Shown here: positions 37,427 to 47,939 of the stretch, piece by piece | Layout: each line of letters begins with the position of its first letter | Numbering within the stretch: position 1 is the stretch's first letter | Sequence record: PX880102.1 | Strand: one strand, 5' to 3' | DNA: 64,000 bases | Source of the DNA: a phage | Made by a program: the position numbers and the translations under genes | The notes under the pieces: generated by a model | Database searches by the model: none | Told to the model about the DNA's origin: nothing | The model's input: the letters and a program-made list of their open reading frames with translations, nothing else

Positions 37427-37648
37427 TTAAATTAATACCACTTGTCGGTGAAAAATTGTCAATCCATCTGCATTAATTGACTTAACCACTGCTGTAAAGT
37501 GTTTTTGTTCTGGGTGAACTAATTTTTGAAATTCTACCTGAAATTTTAGTTGGAGGTTTTCCGGTAAATCAAAAAGTGTTTCTGTTGCAGAAAGATTATA
37601 TTTTTCTTTAAGAGACGCCATGTATTCTTGCGAGGTTATAGCAGTCAT
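37427..37648 (-). CDS. hypothetical protein (73 aa)
   Basis: start taken as the ATG immediately after the regA stop. Confidence 0.45.
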   Translation of the reverse strand: MTAITSQEYMASLKEKYNLSATETLFDLPENLQLKFQVEFQKLVHPEQKHFTAVVKSINADGLTIFHRQVVLI

Positions 37649-37649
37649 A

Positions 37650-38018
37650 TTAATTACCAATCGTATATTTGGGAACGAGTTTCCATTCGTGTTTTTGTTT
37701 AAAAGAAATAACTCGGAAGTTATTAGTTAAATCTTTCATAAAAGTTCTTTGACCAGGAACGATTTCAATCAATCCCCAATCTTCTAATAGCCATGCAATC
37801 GAATCACGACGAACTTCATCTTCTTCTGTCATTTCAACCTGGCGACCATCCATACGAAGCATTTCTTTAAAATGAACGATATAGTATAGTCCTTTTTTCT
37901 GAAGAATGTGGCAGGACTGATACAGAACTTTATCTTTATTATTAGCAATTCCCATACGAGTCAAAGTTTCTTTTACTTTCAGAAAATCTTCAGGTTTTTT
38001 AAGAGTAATTTCAATCAT
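37650..38018 (-). CDS. regA: translational repressor RegA, 122 aa
   Basis: MIEITLKKPEDFLKVKETLTRMGIANNKDKVLYQSCHILQKKGLYYIVHFKEM... matches T4 RegA. Confidence 0.92.
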   Translation of the reverse strand: MIEITLKKPEDFLKVKETLTRMGIANNKDKVLYQSCHILQKKGLYYIVHFKEMLRMDGRQVEMTEEDEVRRDSIAWLLEDWGLIEIVPGQRTFMKDLTNNFRVISFKQKHEWKLVPKYTIGN

Positions 38019-38019
38019 T

Positions 38020-38583
38020 TTACCATTCCAATGCTAGTTTTTTGAGTTGTTTCTGTTCTTTTACATTCTTAGTCACTTCTTTCAAAAAATCATCCGTGAC
38101 TAAACCTTTTAGTTCTTTTAATACTAAAGGAAGTTTTCCATTTTTAGTAAGAATTGATTTATAGTTAATTGCATCATTTGTATTAACTTGATACCGCTTA
38201 GCAAGTAACTTAATAATCAATACTTCAGTAGAATCTTCGACCAGTTTTGCCCATTTACCATATCTTTTACCACGAGGAACAGCAGCCATCAGATAATTAA
38301 AATGGGCTTCATCGCTTAAACCTGATCCAATTAAATTCATAGCATATACAGCTGGCATGCATTCAGGAAATTGTGATAATGCATTCTCAACCATGTATTT
38401 TGAATAATCTTTTTGAGCAATAGAGCATTTAGTTTTATTATTAATAGCTCCAATTATTTCAAAAAATTCATTTTCAGCTTTTTCCTTAAAAGAATCAGCA
38501 GCAGATTGGACAGCTGTCCAATCTTTTGAATACCAAGCGACTTGATGCTCGTTTAATTGAATATCATCTTCAAATAAGCTCAT
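38020..38583 (-). CDS. 62: clamp loader small subunit, 187 aa
   Basis: same length and position as T4 gp62. Confidence 0.9.
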   Translation of the reverse strand: MSLFEDDIQLNEHQVAWYSKDWTAVQSAADSFKEKAENEFFEIIGAINNKTKCSIAQKDYSKYMVENALSQFPECMPAVYAMNLIGSGLSDEAHFNYLMAAVPRGKRYGKWAKLVEDSTEVLIIKLLAKRYQVNTNDAINYKSILTKNGKLPLVLKELKGLVTDDFLKEVTKNVKEQKQLKKLALEW

Positions 38584-38584
38584 A

Positions 38585-39544
38585 TCACTTCCACTGCATT
38601 TCGCATGCTAATTGAATGAAAAGATATGCTAAATGTAATTCCGTATTAGCCGCAATTCCGTGATACTGGTTATTTTCACCAACAATTTCATACATACGAA
38701 TAATACTTTGCGGAGTTACGCGTGTATAGATTTCTTCGGCAAGTTTACCTACGAACCACGAATAATCAGCTGCATATTTTGGCGCTAAAGCTCTAAGCTG
38801 TTTAACATCTTTATTTTTGAGAGATTCAAGAACATCATCAATAGCACCACGATCGTTAGTAACCAGTGATAAAATACCAGCATCCAAAACACCTTTAGAT
38901 GAATAACTATCGAGCTCACCAATAGTTTTACGAAAATCAGGAAAATTCTTTTTAACCAAAGCTGCTACAACTTTCATATCAGCTATAGCAATTCCTTCAT
39001 GCTTGCAGATTTCAGTCAATCGACGAATCATCTGCTTCATCATTTCAATTTTATCTTCATCGGTCGGTTGACCGAATGTAATAACTCGGCAGCGTGACTG
39101 AAGCGGTTTAATAATACCATCAATATTGTTAGCAGTAATAATAATACTACAGTTTGAACTATAAGCTTCCATAAAGGAACGAAGATGTCGCTGAGACTCT
39201 GCTAACCCTGAGCGGTCAAATTCATCAATAACAATTACTTTTTGACGACCATCAAATGAAGCTGCACTAGCAAAATTAGTCAAAGGACCGCGAACGAAAT
39301 CAATTTTACAGTCTGATCCATTCACAAACATCATATCAGCATTTACATCATGACACAATGCTTTTGCTACAGTTGTTTTACCTGTTCCTGGAGAAGGAGA
39401 ATGAAGAATAATATGTGGAATTTTACCTTTACTTGTAATAGATTTAAAGGTTTCTTTATCAAAGGCGGGAAGAATACATTCATCGATAGTAGATGGACGA
39501 TATTTCTGTTCAAGAATGTGTTCTTTTTCATTTACAGTAATCAT
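38585..39544 (-). CDS. 44: clamp loader ATPase subunit (AAA+), 319 aa
   Basis: Walker [11 protein letters not shown]; start trimmed from the TTG of the ORF track to the ATG after SD GAGGAAATT. Confidence 0.95.
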   Translation of the reverse strand: MITVNEKEHILEQKYRPSTIDECILPAFDKETFKSITSKGKIPHIILHSPSPGTGKTTVAKALCHDVNADMMFVNGSDCKIDFVRGPLTNFASAASFDGRQKVIVIDEFDRSGLAESQRHLRSFMEAYSSNCSIIITANNIDGIIKPLQSRCRVITFGQPTDEDKIEMMKQMIRRLTEICKHEGIAIADMKVVAALVKKNFPDFRKTIGELDSYSSKGVLDAGILSLVTNDRGAIDDVLESLKNKDVKQLRALAPKYAADYSWFVGKLAEEIYTRVTPQSIIRMYEIVGENNQYHGIAANTELHLAYLFIQLACEMQWK

Positions 39545-39575
39545 AATTTCCTCATTCAAGTTTTAGTGTAAATTT

Positions 39576-39591
39576 AAGGGCCGAAGCCCTT
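39576..39591 (-). other. GGGCCGAAGCCC hairpin between 45 and 44
   Basis: identical 12-nt hairpin; UUCG loop in mRNA. Confidence 0.45.
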
Positions 39592-39593
39592 TA

Positions 39594-40280
39594 TTAAAAA
39601 TCGTGGGTAGAATCAGCTTCAAGAGCTACTACATAATTCGCGTGTTCACCTTCAAATTTAGCAGCACCCTGTTTACCTTTTGCCCAAAGCAGAAGTTTGT
39701 AATTTCCTGGTTGCATTTTCATATTTGCCATATTGATAATGAAATTAAATGTATTTTCACCATCATAATCACCAAGAGTCAAAGAATATTTAACGCGGGT
39801 CAAAGCAGAATCTTCTACTTTATTAAAACCGTTAATTACGATTTTACCTTCTTTTACTGTGATAGCAATTGTATCAATCTGCAGACCGCGAGATACACGC
39901 AACAGCTGCTGAAGGTCTTCAGCTTTAATTTCAGTAACAACAGATGCTACCGGGAATGGAATTGGTTTATTAGGAGCAACTACTGTGCTCGGATCGGCTG
40001 CTGGCCAAAAAATTGTTGAACGAGCATCAGCAATTTTAATATTTCCATCTTCTGACTGGGAAATTTCTGCATCGTCATTAACTAGAGACAGAATACCGAG
40101 AAAACCGTTCAAATCGTAAATTGCTACATCAAAATCAATAGTGTCAGAAATATTTGCTTCCGCATAAGTTGTACCATTAACTGCGCGAGTCATAATAAAT
40201 TGACCAGATTTAAGCATAATGCCAGAGTTAATAGTAGCGAAATTTTTAAGCAGAGCAGTAGTATCTTTAGACAGTTTCAT
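39594..40280 (-). CDS. 45: sliding clamp, 228 aa
   Basis: MKLSKDTTALLKNFATINSGIMLKSGQFIMTRAVNGTTYAEANIS... near-identical to T4 gp45. Confidence 0.96.
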   Translation of the reverse strand: MKLSKDTTALLKNFATINSGIMLKSGQFIMTRAVNGTTYAEANISDTIDFDVAIYDLNGFLGILSLVNDDAEISQSEDGNIKIADARSTIFWPAADPSTVVAPNKPIPFPVASVVTEIKAEDLQQLLRVSRGLQIDTIAITVKEGKIVINGFNKVEDSALTRVKYSLTLGDYDGENTFNFIINMANMKMQPGNYKLLLWAKGKQGAAKFEGEHANYVVALEADSTHDF

Positions 40281-40309
40281 GTAATTTCCTTCAATTCAAA
40301 TGAGATTTA

Positions 40310-40336
40310 ATTTTATAACTAATTTAATAAAGCAAT
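40310..40336 (-). promoter_or_regulatory. candidate MotA-dependent middle promoter upstream of 45
   Basis: minus-strand TTGCTTTA (MotA box), about 10-11 nt, TATAAA. Confidence 0.4.
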
Positions 40337-40725
40337 TAACGATTAAAATCGGCAGCAATTGTTTCCGCAACAATTTGAGCAGCAACAATTAGACGTTCAT
40401 CTGCATTGCCACAATAATCGTCTTCAAGGCGTTCACCACATGAAGTCATAATAAATTTAGCACCAGCATTTAAAGATTCTGTCGTATGTTTGCGCATTAG
40501 TTCAATCCATTTATTACTTACTTCACGATCGATAGCTTCATAATACGCATGACGAGCAGGTGCAGATTTAATTTTGTTCTGAATAACTTCCATCGCGTTA
40601 TCAGAAAGAGACAAAACCCATGCTCGACGAATTTTATTTTGGTTTTGTGGATTTGATTCAGAACGCACGTGTTTTGGCTGAATATCTTTTACATCAACAG
40701 TATAATTCACAGTAATTTTAGTCAT
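40336..40725 (-). CDS. rpbA: RNA polymerase binding protein RpbA-like, 129 aa
   Basis: position between 46 and 45; length as T4 RpbA. Confidence 0.7.
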
Positions 40726-40734
40726 AATACACCT

Positions 40735-40923
40735 TTAGTCATAATAATCAGTAACAGTCCAAGCTTCATTTCTGTTGGACATTATTTTCGTATATTCTGC
40801 TTTAAATGCATTCTTAAGCATAGATTCAGTAACTATATGCTCTTCATTAGAAAAATTATTTCTCAGAATATATCGTTTTATTTCAGGAATAGTTAATAGA
40901 TGCTGTCCAGTTGAATATTCCAT
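40735..40923 (-). CDS. hypothetical protein (62 aa), 45.2-like
   Basis: ORF. Confidence 0.5.
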   Translation of the reverse strand: MEYSTGQHLLTIPEIKRYILRNNFSNEEHIVTESMLKNAFKAEYTKIMSNRNEAWTVTDYYD

Positions 40924-40978
40924 GTTTTTCCTCCATAGAGATTATACTCTAATAAATTAAAGCATAATCTCTTATAAA

Positions 40979-42661
40979 TTAAACCATTACAGTAAATCGA
41001 CCAACTTTCTTCATTTGAAGATGCTGACCATATTCTTGTGGGTCATGGTCTTTATGCGAAATTATAAAAACATTAGTATTTTTCATTGAATTTATAATAT
41101 TAGCTACACCTTTAATACCTTCGGAATCAAATGACCCATCAAACACTTCATCAAGAATTAATGTACTAATACTAACACCAGATACGATAGAAGCAATATC
41201 ACGCCAAGTAAATAAAAGAGCAATATCGATTCGTGCTTTTTCACCTTCACTAAATGAAGCATAACTAAAATCTTCACGACCGCGGGATTTAATTGTCTCA
41301 TTAAATTCTTCATCTAATGTAAACACATAATCCGCTTCCATTATTTTAAGATAATGGTTAATCTGCTTATTAAATAATGGAATGTACTTTTTAATAATAG
41401 CACCTTTAATACCAGAATCTTTGAGCATATCAGTCAAAATTCCTCTGTGGTATTTTTCCATTACTAAATTAGTTTTTGTCTTAACAATTTTATCAAGTTC
41501 TTCTTGAAGCAGTGCTATTTCATCAGCATGGTCAATAAACTCAGATGATGCTTTTTCTATAGCTGCTTTAACTTTTTTAGCTTTATCTACCGTCGTGATT
41601 AGAGATTGCTTTTTATTGCGAATATCATTTGCCAACGACTGTTGGGTTTTAATATTATCTCGGTATTCATCAACAAGAACTTTTAAATTATCACGATGTG
41701 TTGAAAGCTGTTCAAACGAATGCGTACATTCAGAAACTTTATCTTTAATTTTAGAAACAACTTTATCACCGGAACTTAATTGTGACAAACAGGTTGGACA
41801 TAATCCACCTTCGTGATACATATTAATGACTTTATTATACGAGTCAATTTTTGATTTAATTAAAAATGCTTCTTGACCGATTTTATTAAATGCATCAGTC
41901 GGGTCTTCATCCAAAACAATATTAACTAATCTTTCATTAGCTTCTTCTATTTCCGATTTTAGCGTTCTAGCTTCTTTTGCCAAATCATCATACATATTCT
42001 GTAGACGAGTAAGGTTATCACCAGTTAATTTTTTCTGGCGTTCAACGTTATCATTATATATTTTAATTTGTTGGATAATACTATCTTTTTTAACATCAAG
42101 CACTTGGTTTTGTGAATTTAATTCACGTATTAGTGCTTTATTAAGCTTATCCATTTCAGCTAATGTTCCTACCTCGAGCAGGTCTTCCACAAGCTTTCTT
42201 CGTGCAGGGGTCGACAAACCCATGAAAGGGGTATACCCTGCTGTACCAAGGACAACAATCTGCTTGAAACTGGCATATGACATTCCGATAAGCTGTTCAA
42301 ATTCTGCTTGGAAATCTTTACTGCTGGCAGATTCATTAAGACGTGTACCGTTAACGGTGATTTCGAAAACGTTTGGTTTTTGTCCTCTTTTGATATAGTA
42401 CTTTTTCTCATCATATTCCATCCACAGTTCAACTAAAAGTTCTTTCTTATTTGTGCTGTTTATTAATTGACCTTTCTTTACATCACGAAATGGCTTGCCA
42501 AAAAGCCCAAATGTGATGGCTTCTAACATAGTAGACTTACCACCGCCATTTCGTCCAGTAATAAGAGTTTTTTGAACCTTATCTAATTGAATGTCAATAG
42601 GATTTCCACCTACTGACATTATATTTTGATACCTAACTCGGTTTAATTTAAAATTCTTCAC
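40979..42661 (-). CDS. 46: recombination endonuclease subunit (Rad50/SbcC-like ATPase), 560 aa
   Basis: Walker A GRNGGGKST, central coiled coil with CPTC zinc hook, C-terminal Walker B; same length as T4 gp46. Confidence 0.95.
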   Translation of the reverse strand: MKNFKLNRVRYQNIMSVGGNPIDIQLDKVQKTLITGRNGGGKSTMLEAITFGLFGKPFRDVKKGQLINSTNKKELLVELWMEYDEKKYYIKRGQKPNVFEITVNGTRLNESASSKDFQAEFEQLIGMSYASFKQIVVLGTAGYTPFMGLSTPARRKLVEDLLEVGTLAEMDKLNKALIRELNSQNQVLDVKKDSIIQQIKIYNDNVERQKKLTGDNLTRLQNMYDDLAKEARTLKSEIEEANERLVNIVLDEDPTDAFNKIGQEAFLIKSKIDSYNKVINMYHEGGLCPTCLSQLSSGDKVVSKIKDKVSECTHSFEQLSTHRDNLKVLVDEYRDNIKTQQSLANDIRNKKQSLITTVDKAKKVKAAIEKASSEFIDHADEIALLQEELDKIVKTKTNLVMEKYHRGILTDMLKDSGIKGAIIKKYIPLFNKQINHYLKIMEADYVFTLDEEFNETIKSRGREDFSYASFSEGEKARIDIALLFTWRDIASIVSGVSISTLILDEVFDGSFDSEGIKGVANIINSMKNTNVFIISHKDHDPQEYGQHLQMKKVGRFTVMV

Positions 42662-42873
42662 AAAAGATTCCTTTTAATGTATCTTTTAGACCATTCTATC
42701 ATATCATCATAATCTAAAAAGTATTCATCAAATTCAGCCATGCAAACAACGCCTTGTGCTGTTTTTGATGTAATATAAATTATTCCAACATATCTAGAAT
42801 CTTCTTCGGTGTAATCAATATTTGCTATGAATTCATCGTTAATGTCAAATGTCGAAAACTTCACAGTATGCAT
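42658..42873 (-). CDS. hypothetical protein (about 71 aa), 46.1-like; start uncertain
   Basis: ORF-track ORF trimmed to the internal Met. Confidence 0.35.
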   Translation of the reverse strand: MHTVKFSTFDINDEFIANIDYTEEDSRYVGIIYITSKTAQGVVCMAEFDEYFLDYDDMIEWSKRYIKRNLL

Positions 42874-43108
42874 CCTTAATACAAGATACAGCCATATCTT
42901 GTAATGATTTAGGTGTATCATTATCTAAAATGTTGAAGTTAAAAGATACAGCCCAGTCAGTGCAGACCGTAACCTTTTTAATACAATTATCTTCAACCTC
43001 TAGCGGTTCAAACCAATATTCAATAATTTCTTTATGCCCAATATCATCTTTTACTTCGCATTCAAAATGCTGACTCATCATAACATTTTTAAATTCATCA
43101 AAAGTCAT
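42845..43108 (-). CDS. hypothetical protein (87 aa), 46.2-like
   Basis: ORF coupled to 47. Confidence 0.5.
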   Translation of the reverse strand: MTFDEFKNVMMSQHFECEVKDDIGHKEIIEYWFEPLEVEDNCIKKVTVCTDWAVSFNFNILDNDTPKSLQDMAVSCIKDAYCEVFDI

Positions 43109-44124
43109 TGTGTTGCCTCTACATATAACTGATTTGCATATTGAATAAGTGCTTCACGGTCAGAATCAGTGATGTCTGGAATTGCATTAATGTATTCTTC
43201 CATCAACGTCTGAAGCGATTGAACTTCAACTTCTTCACTGTCATCTGACTCGACAGAGTTATCAATCTTTGACACAACTCGTAATGAATGCACAACTTTT
43301 TCTAGTTCAGATTCGAACTTCGTCAGATTTTTGTCTACTTCAGTTACTATAACACGTACTGATAGATTTGTAAAATCTTTATAGTCAATTTTTCCTTTAA
43401 ATGGATAATGAATTCTACGATGCCAGGTAGTATTATTTGGAATAAATTCCATTCGTTCTGTTTCTGTATCAAACATCCAGAACCCACGAGGGTCATTCTC
43501 GTCACCTGCAGTTAGTGTCCATGGTGTCCCAATATATCTGACGTTTGCAGCCTCAGAAATAGTATGGAAGTGACCAGACCACACTTCTTTATAAGTCTTA
43601 AGGAAATCAGGTTCAAGACCGTGAGATTTCATTCCTTTATAAAAATAAAATCCATTCAGTTCCCAGTGACCAACACAAAAAGAAGCAGATGAAGTTTTGA
43701 TGTGCTCAAGAATTTCACCAGTATTTTCTTCGCACATCCAAGGAATTAAATCAATTAAACATCCGTCAAAATCTACTGTAGTAGGCTTATCATATACTTT
43801 AACATTAGGATATTTAGCCAAAAGCTCAGTAGAGGCATTTGGAGTTAAAGTATTTTTAAAATGCATATCATGGTTTCCTACAACAGTATGTAGGGTAATA
43901 CCAGCATCATCAAGCATTTGAACTATTTCACGAGCAAACTCCATAGTTTTATGCGTAATTGCTTTTCGCACATCAAAAATATCGCCGTATTGAATCCAGG
44001 TAGTAATTCCATTTTTCTTAGAATATTCTATCGCTTGCTTAATTCCATCCAACTGAATGGATTGAACCCATTCATCATCGGCTTTAACGCCTAAATGCCA
44101 ATCACCTAAATTTAAAATTTTCAT
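43105..44124 (-). CDS. 47: recombination nuclease subunit (Mre11/SbcD-like phosphoesterase), 339 aa
   Basis: calcineurin-like phosphoesterase motifs (GDWH, GNHD, GHxH); same length as T4 gp47. Confidence 0.95.
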   Translation of the reverse strand: MKILNLGDWHLGVKADDEWVQSIQLDGIKQAIEYSKKNGITTWIQYGDIFDVRKAITHKTMEFAREIVQMLDDAGITLHTVVGNHDMHFKNTLTPNASTELLAKYPNVKVYDKPTTVDFDGCLIDLIPWMCEENTGEILEHIKTSSASFCVGHWELNGFYFYKGMKSHGLEPDFLKTYKEVWSGHFHTISEAANVRYIGTPWTLTAGDENDPRGFWMFDTETERMEFIPNNTTWHRRIHYPFKGKIDYKDFTNLSVRVIVTEVDKNLTKFESELEKVVHSLRVVSKIDNSVESDDSEEVEVQSLQTLMEEYINAIPDITDSDREALIQYANQLYVEATQ

Positions 44125-44261
44125 ATATCAAAAACCGTCATTGAAATGCAAAATAAAATTATTGAAATAAATCCATCTGGAGTGCTAAAGAACCCAATCC
44201 AACATGCTCTAGTGAATAGATAAAATGCGAGAAAAAGTATCACATATCCAAGAAATATCAT
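44121..44261 (-). CDS. small membrane protein (46 aa)
   Basis: MIFLGYVILFLAFYLFTRACWIGFFSTPDGFISIILFCISMTVFDI; ATGA overlap with 47; not in ORF track. Confidence 0.4.
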   Translation of the reverse strand: MIFLGYVILFLAFYLFTRACWIGFFSTPDGFISIILFCISMTVFDI

Positions 44262-44284
44262 TATATCAAACTCCGTATAAAGCT

Positions 44285-44302
44285 AAAGGGCCGAAGCCCT
44301 TT
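44285..44302 (-). other. AAAGGGCCGAAGCCCTTT hairpin downstream of agt
   Basis: GC stem with UUCG loop; stronger T-run on the plus side. Confidence 0.45.
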
Positions 44303-45503
44303 ATTTTGTAATAATGTCAAACTGTTCTTTAAAGCAGAAGCTTGAATCTTGATGCTGATACAAAAATTCATATGCTTTTTCTCGCTCACGGTCATAAAGA
44401 GCTCGGTCAGATGACAGTTCTTTAATACGTTCAAATGTTGATTCCATGTCATTTTCATCAAACCAAATGATACCGCTATCATGCGAGGTCAAAGGAGTAT
44501 TATCAACACGGAATTTTAAATTTTCGCCAGTAGATTTCCAAAATACCGGAATTGTTCCACATGCACCAAGCTCGAGATGAGTATATTCTAAAGAGCGCTG
44601 TAGATATTTTTTATCCAACTTACTCAGCTGATAACCAAAACCGGATTTACTCATACGTTCAAGCATTTCGCTATTTACATAACGGTCAAGAATTTGCGTT
44701 GGCAAATTAGGAGCAATTTTAATTTGGTCTACTTGATGAAGACGATAATACTCGTATGGAATTCCTTTTTCATTAATAGGAATGAACGCTGGAGAACGTT
44801 CCAGACCTTCCATAATAGTACTTAGCCCAACAGGTTTAAGATGTTTTTCGTGAAAATCAAACATCTGATAAAAACCTTTCCATGTAGTCGTACGACCAAT
44901 CCAACGGTTGACATTCATGTTAATTTCAGAAACATCTTTCCAGTAGGTTGATCGAACCTTCGCAATATCCATAGGAGGCTGAAAGTTGTATACAGTCGGT
45001 GCTTCTTCAATATCATCAAACAGAGAAACTGTTTCTGGATACCATTCTTTCATCAGAACTTTATTAAAATCGCCATTATCAGAATGACTAAAAATAACAT
45101 CAGCTCGACGAACAGTTTCTTCTAATCCCAAATTTCGGCGCAAAGAAAGAGAAGAATGGTCATGTTGATAAACTACAACACGAACCGAAGGTTTAATGTT
45201 ATCAATAATTTTTTTATAGTTATTAATAGTGTCTTCTTCAACTGAAGTAGCAGGAACTGAATTGATAATTAGAATATCACAATCATTTACCAGCTTAAGT
45301 GTTTTATCGTATTCTTTTGCCAATAAAACCGGAATTGAAAATGATTTATAATCATGCGCACAGTTACGAGTAAATGATTTATCTTTAGCATAAACCAAAG
45401 TTACTTCATGACCATTTTTAATAAACCAATCACGTTGCTCAAGAGAAAATTTAGTTACACCACAACCTTCAAGACCTCGAGCCATAAAAATACATACTTT
45501 CAT
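44301..45503 (-). CDS. agt: DNA alpha-glucosyltransferase, 400 aa
   Basis: M.ICIFMARGLEGCGVTKFSLEQRDWFIKNGHEVTLVYAKDKSF... near-identical to T4 alpha-gt. Confidence 0.95.
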   Translation of the reverse strand: MKVCIFMARGLEGCGVTKFSLEQRDWFIKNGHEVTLVYAKDKSFTRNCAHDYKSFSIPVLLAKEYDKTLKLVNDCDILIINSVPATSVEEDTINNYKKIIDNIKPSVRVVVYQHDHSSLSLRRNLGLEETVRRADVIFSHSDNGDFNKVLMKEWYPETVSLFDDIEEAPTVYNFQPPMDIAKVRSTYWKDVSEINMNVNRWIGRTTTWKGFYQMFDFHEKHLKPVGLSTIMEGLERSPAFIPINEKGIPYEYYRLHQVDQIKIAPNLPTQILDRYVNSEMLERMSKSGFGYQLSKLDKKYLQRSLEYTHLELGACGTIPVFWKSTGENLKFRVDNTPLTSHDSGIIWFDENDMESTFERIKELSSDRALYDREREKAYEFLYQHQDSSFCFKEQFDIITK

Positions 45504-45552
45504 TTAATATCCTCATTGTTTTGGTTTATTTTACCAAAAATTTATAAAGCAA

Positions 45553-45572
45553 TATAGGAGCCGAAGCTCCTA
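45553..45572 (-). other. ATAGGAGC-CGAA-GCTCCTAT hairpin upstream of agt
   Basis: 8-bp stem overlapping the stop of the upstream small ORF. Confidence 0.4.
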
Positions 45573-45743
45573 TCCGCATAATACGCCATACAGAGGCTCA
45601 TTAGAACTTTTAAATTTTATGCGCTTATATTTTATAGTTCCTTCTGCTTTAGCTTTATCATGAGACTCTTTAAAGAGTCTCATCATTTCCTCTTTAGAGG
45701 AACGAATTTTATTATAATCTATTTCAGAAGTCTGGGTGTTCAT
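45570..45743 (-). CDS. hypothetical protein (57 aa) containing a 24-bp perfect palindrome
   Basis: MNTQTSEIDYNKIRSSKEEMMRLFKESHDKAKAEGTIKYKRIKFKSSNEPLYGVLCG; not in ORF track. Confidence 0.4.
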   Translation of the reverse strand: MNTQTSEIDYNKIRSSKEEMMRLFKESHDKAKAEGTIKYKRIKFKSSNEPLYGVLCG

Positions 45744-45746
45744 CTT

Positions 45747-45953
45747 TCATAACTGCCACCATTTTTTAACTTGATAAGAATCAACCCACACTTTCATATT
45801 AGGGTCTGCTCTTACAATAGGAGGATTAACTTCTTTAATTGAACTATCATGGTATTCTTTTTCAGAAATTTTCACACAAAGATGACCATTCAAAGATTCA
45901 GTAAATCCTGCATTAATTTTAAGACGCTTGAATTTTACGTGTGTAAGCATCAA
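45747..45953 (-). CDS. hypothetical protein (68 aa)
   Basis: ORF. Confidence 0.5.
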   Translation of the reverse strand: MMLTHVKFKRLKINAGFTESLNGHLCVKISEKEYHDSSIKEVNPPIVRADPNMKVWVDSYQVKKWWQL

Positions 45954-46236
45954 TCATATCCTCAATCTGCGATCTAGTAGTCTTCCAAAGAATACTGATG
46001 AGTTCATCGTTATATGGCTGTTTTAGAATATCCCGACTTTTCTTGATAGCATATTCGTATTGAGCAAAATTATTATTTTCAGCTGCAATCTGAGCGTGCT
46101 TATAAAGACGATTCAGTTCGCGTTTGTTTTTAGACAATAACTTATTTGCTTTTCTTTCTGCTTCAAGACGGTTCTTTTCTTCAATAGAAGAAATAAGCTT
46201 TTCCACTTCATCATTAATTTCGGGTTTATCAGTCAT
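45919..46236 (-). CDS. hypothetical protein (105 aa)
   Basis: ORF. Confidence 0.5.
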   Translation of the reverse strand: MTDKPEINDEVEKLISSIEEKNRLEAERKANKLLSKNKRELNRLYKHAQIAAENNNFAQYEYAIKKSRDILKQPYNDELISILWKTTRSQIEDMIDAYTRKIQAS

Positions 46237-46237
46237 A

Positions 46238-46456
46238 TTATTTCTCTAATATAAAATAAAAATCATCATCTGTTAAATGATACCGATAGTTTAATTCTAC
46301 ACCATTAGATTTAAAAGCGGTATCATACGGATTTTCTGGATCAATATCAATGTCAAGAGCTAAAACTTCCCTGAGATACATTTTAAGTAAATAGGGAATA
46401 GCTTCAACTTCAGGTATTTCTTCCAAGAATCCGGAGAGGTTAATCGTTAGCCTCAT
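46238..46456 (-). CDS. hypothetical protein (72 aa)
   Basis: ORF. Confidence 0.5.
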
Positions 46457-46997
46457 ATAAAAAATCCAAACTAGGAGAATCGTCTACAACACTTTTCTTT
46501 TCAGCCCCCGGTGTTCTATAGGTTGATTCTTCGTAATGCGTCATTTTATCGTAGATGTCTTGAATAAAAGTTTCATCTACTAACGCAACCATATCGTCGT
46601 CACGACTGTCATAGACATTGTGAACGAAGTAACTATATTTCTTTGCAACTTCCTTACGTTCTTTTTTAATACGTTGGACGAATGCATTAAAACAAGCTTG
46701 AGTTATATACGCATGTGGGTTTTTATATTTCGTTTCATCAAAATTATGAAGCCCCTTAATAGAAGCTTCTATACCATCTGCAATCATTTCTTGTTTCCAA
46801 GACTGGGTGTATCCTGAAAAGTTGAAACGTTTAGATAAGCCTTCTGCAATAAGCATAATGGCTAATCCGATAGTATCATTTTGACGAACTACTTTATTTG
46901 GGTCTTTATTATTTGCTAATTCTGTTTTCCAATCAATAATAGCTTGTAAAAGCTCTTTATTGTTTACGTAATTATATTTAGGCTTAGTTTCTGACAT
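46440..46997 (-). CDS. 55: late-transcription sigma factor gp55, 185 aa
   Basis: [24 protein letters not shown]...; ORF-track GTG start lies inside SD AAGAGGTG, so the ATG two codons later was used. Confidence 0.9.
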
Positions 46998-47075
46998 TTT
47001 CACCTCTTAGCTCAATTCATAGATCTATTATATCATAATATTTGAAGATCTATCTTAAAGCATAGAGGATATCAG

Positions 47076-47345
47076 TTATCTAAGTAAGCAGTATGCTTGG
47101 AACACTTTCTCCATCATCTTTTTAAATTCATGAATATCTATATAATGACTAGTTAAATCAGCATGATATAAAAAGTCTAAAAACTTTTCATGTGTGCTAA
47201 CATATTCACTTTCATTTAATTCAGAAACATGACTTTCCCAATATCCAACACCAGTCTTATTTGGGAAAAATGAAATTTTCATGTATTGGTCAACATAGAA
47301 AATGCCATAATTTTCAATAGTAATAGAAATATTAATAAATTTCAT
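47076..47345 (-). CDS. hypothetical protein (89 aa)
   Basis: ORF. Confidence 0.5.
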   Translation of the reverse strand: MKFINISITIENYGIFYVDQYMKISFFPNKTGVGYWESHVSELNESEYVSTHEKFLDFLYHADLTSHYIDIHEFKKMMEKVFQAYCLLR

Positions 47346-47563
47346 ACATTCATCAACTTAGCCGCTTCAAGAGCTGCATCTAGTGAATCAAATTGATCAA
47401 CATATTCAATCAATTCGCCATAATTGGCATATAACCACCATTGGCTAAATTCATACTCAAGGATGAATCCGTTTCCTTCAATTTGAGTTAAACCAATGCC
47501 ATTTGTATTTACTTCATATCCGGCAAGACGCAAATCGTTAATAAGAGCTTCGTTCATATTCAT
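47342..47563 (-). CDS. hypothetical protein (73 aa)
   Basis: ORF. Confidence 0.5.
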   Translation of the reverse strand: MNMNEALINDLRLAGYEVNTNGIGLTQIEGNGFILEYEFSQWWLYANYGELIEYVDQFDSLDAALEAAKLMNV

Positions 47564-47886
47564 ACCTTAGCAATTTTCAGGTCTGCAAATTTTTTCTTGC
47601 GTTGATTTTTCATGCGACGAATAGTTTTATCGGAAATTTCATGCTTTTGATAAGCTTTAGATTCTACACCAAAAACTTTAACATCAAATTCTGACAAGAT
47701 ATATTGAACCAACAATTCACGGACAGTATTGCGTCCAATCTTCTGATCATTCTGTTTCATCGTCTGATGAAGCTCTTTTTCCCATTTATCCAAAATTTGA
47801 GGAGTTACAATATCGTCTTTTTCTAGCAAAGAAACTACTTTATCATATGCATAAGAATTGATGGCGTTTTTAATTTGAATAGTCAT
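47560..47886 (-). CDS. hypothetical protein (108 aa)
   Basis: ORF. Confidence 0.5.
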   Translation of the reverse strand: MTIQIKNAINSYAYDKVVSLLEKDDIVTPQILDKWEKELHQTMKQNDQKIGRNTVRELLVQYILSEFDVKVFGVESKAYQKHEISDKTIRRMKNQRKKKFADLKIAKV

Positions 47887-47917
47887 ACATTATCCTCAAT
47901 TACATTAAAATTTTATT

Positions 47918-47939
47918 ATCCAAAAAAGGGCCGAAGCCC
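47918..47939 (-). terminator. rho-independent terminator
   Basis: GGGCCGAAGCCC hairpin at 47928-47939 followed on the minus strand by TTTTTT. Confidence 0.65.

Noticed and set aside
44261-44482. 73-aa minus-strand ORF overlapping the 3' end of agt
   Set aside because: Out-of-frame overlap with the well-supported alpha-glucosyltransferase gene; the intergenic hairpin and a separate small membrane ORF (44121-44261) account for the region.
45520-45545. Late-promoter-like TATAAATT on the minus strand upstream of agt
   Set aside because: Seven of eight match only, and agt is an early gene in T4; insufficient support.
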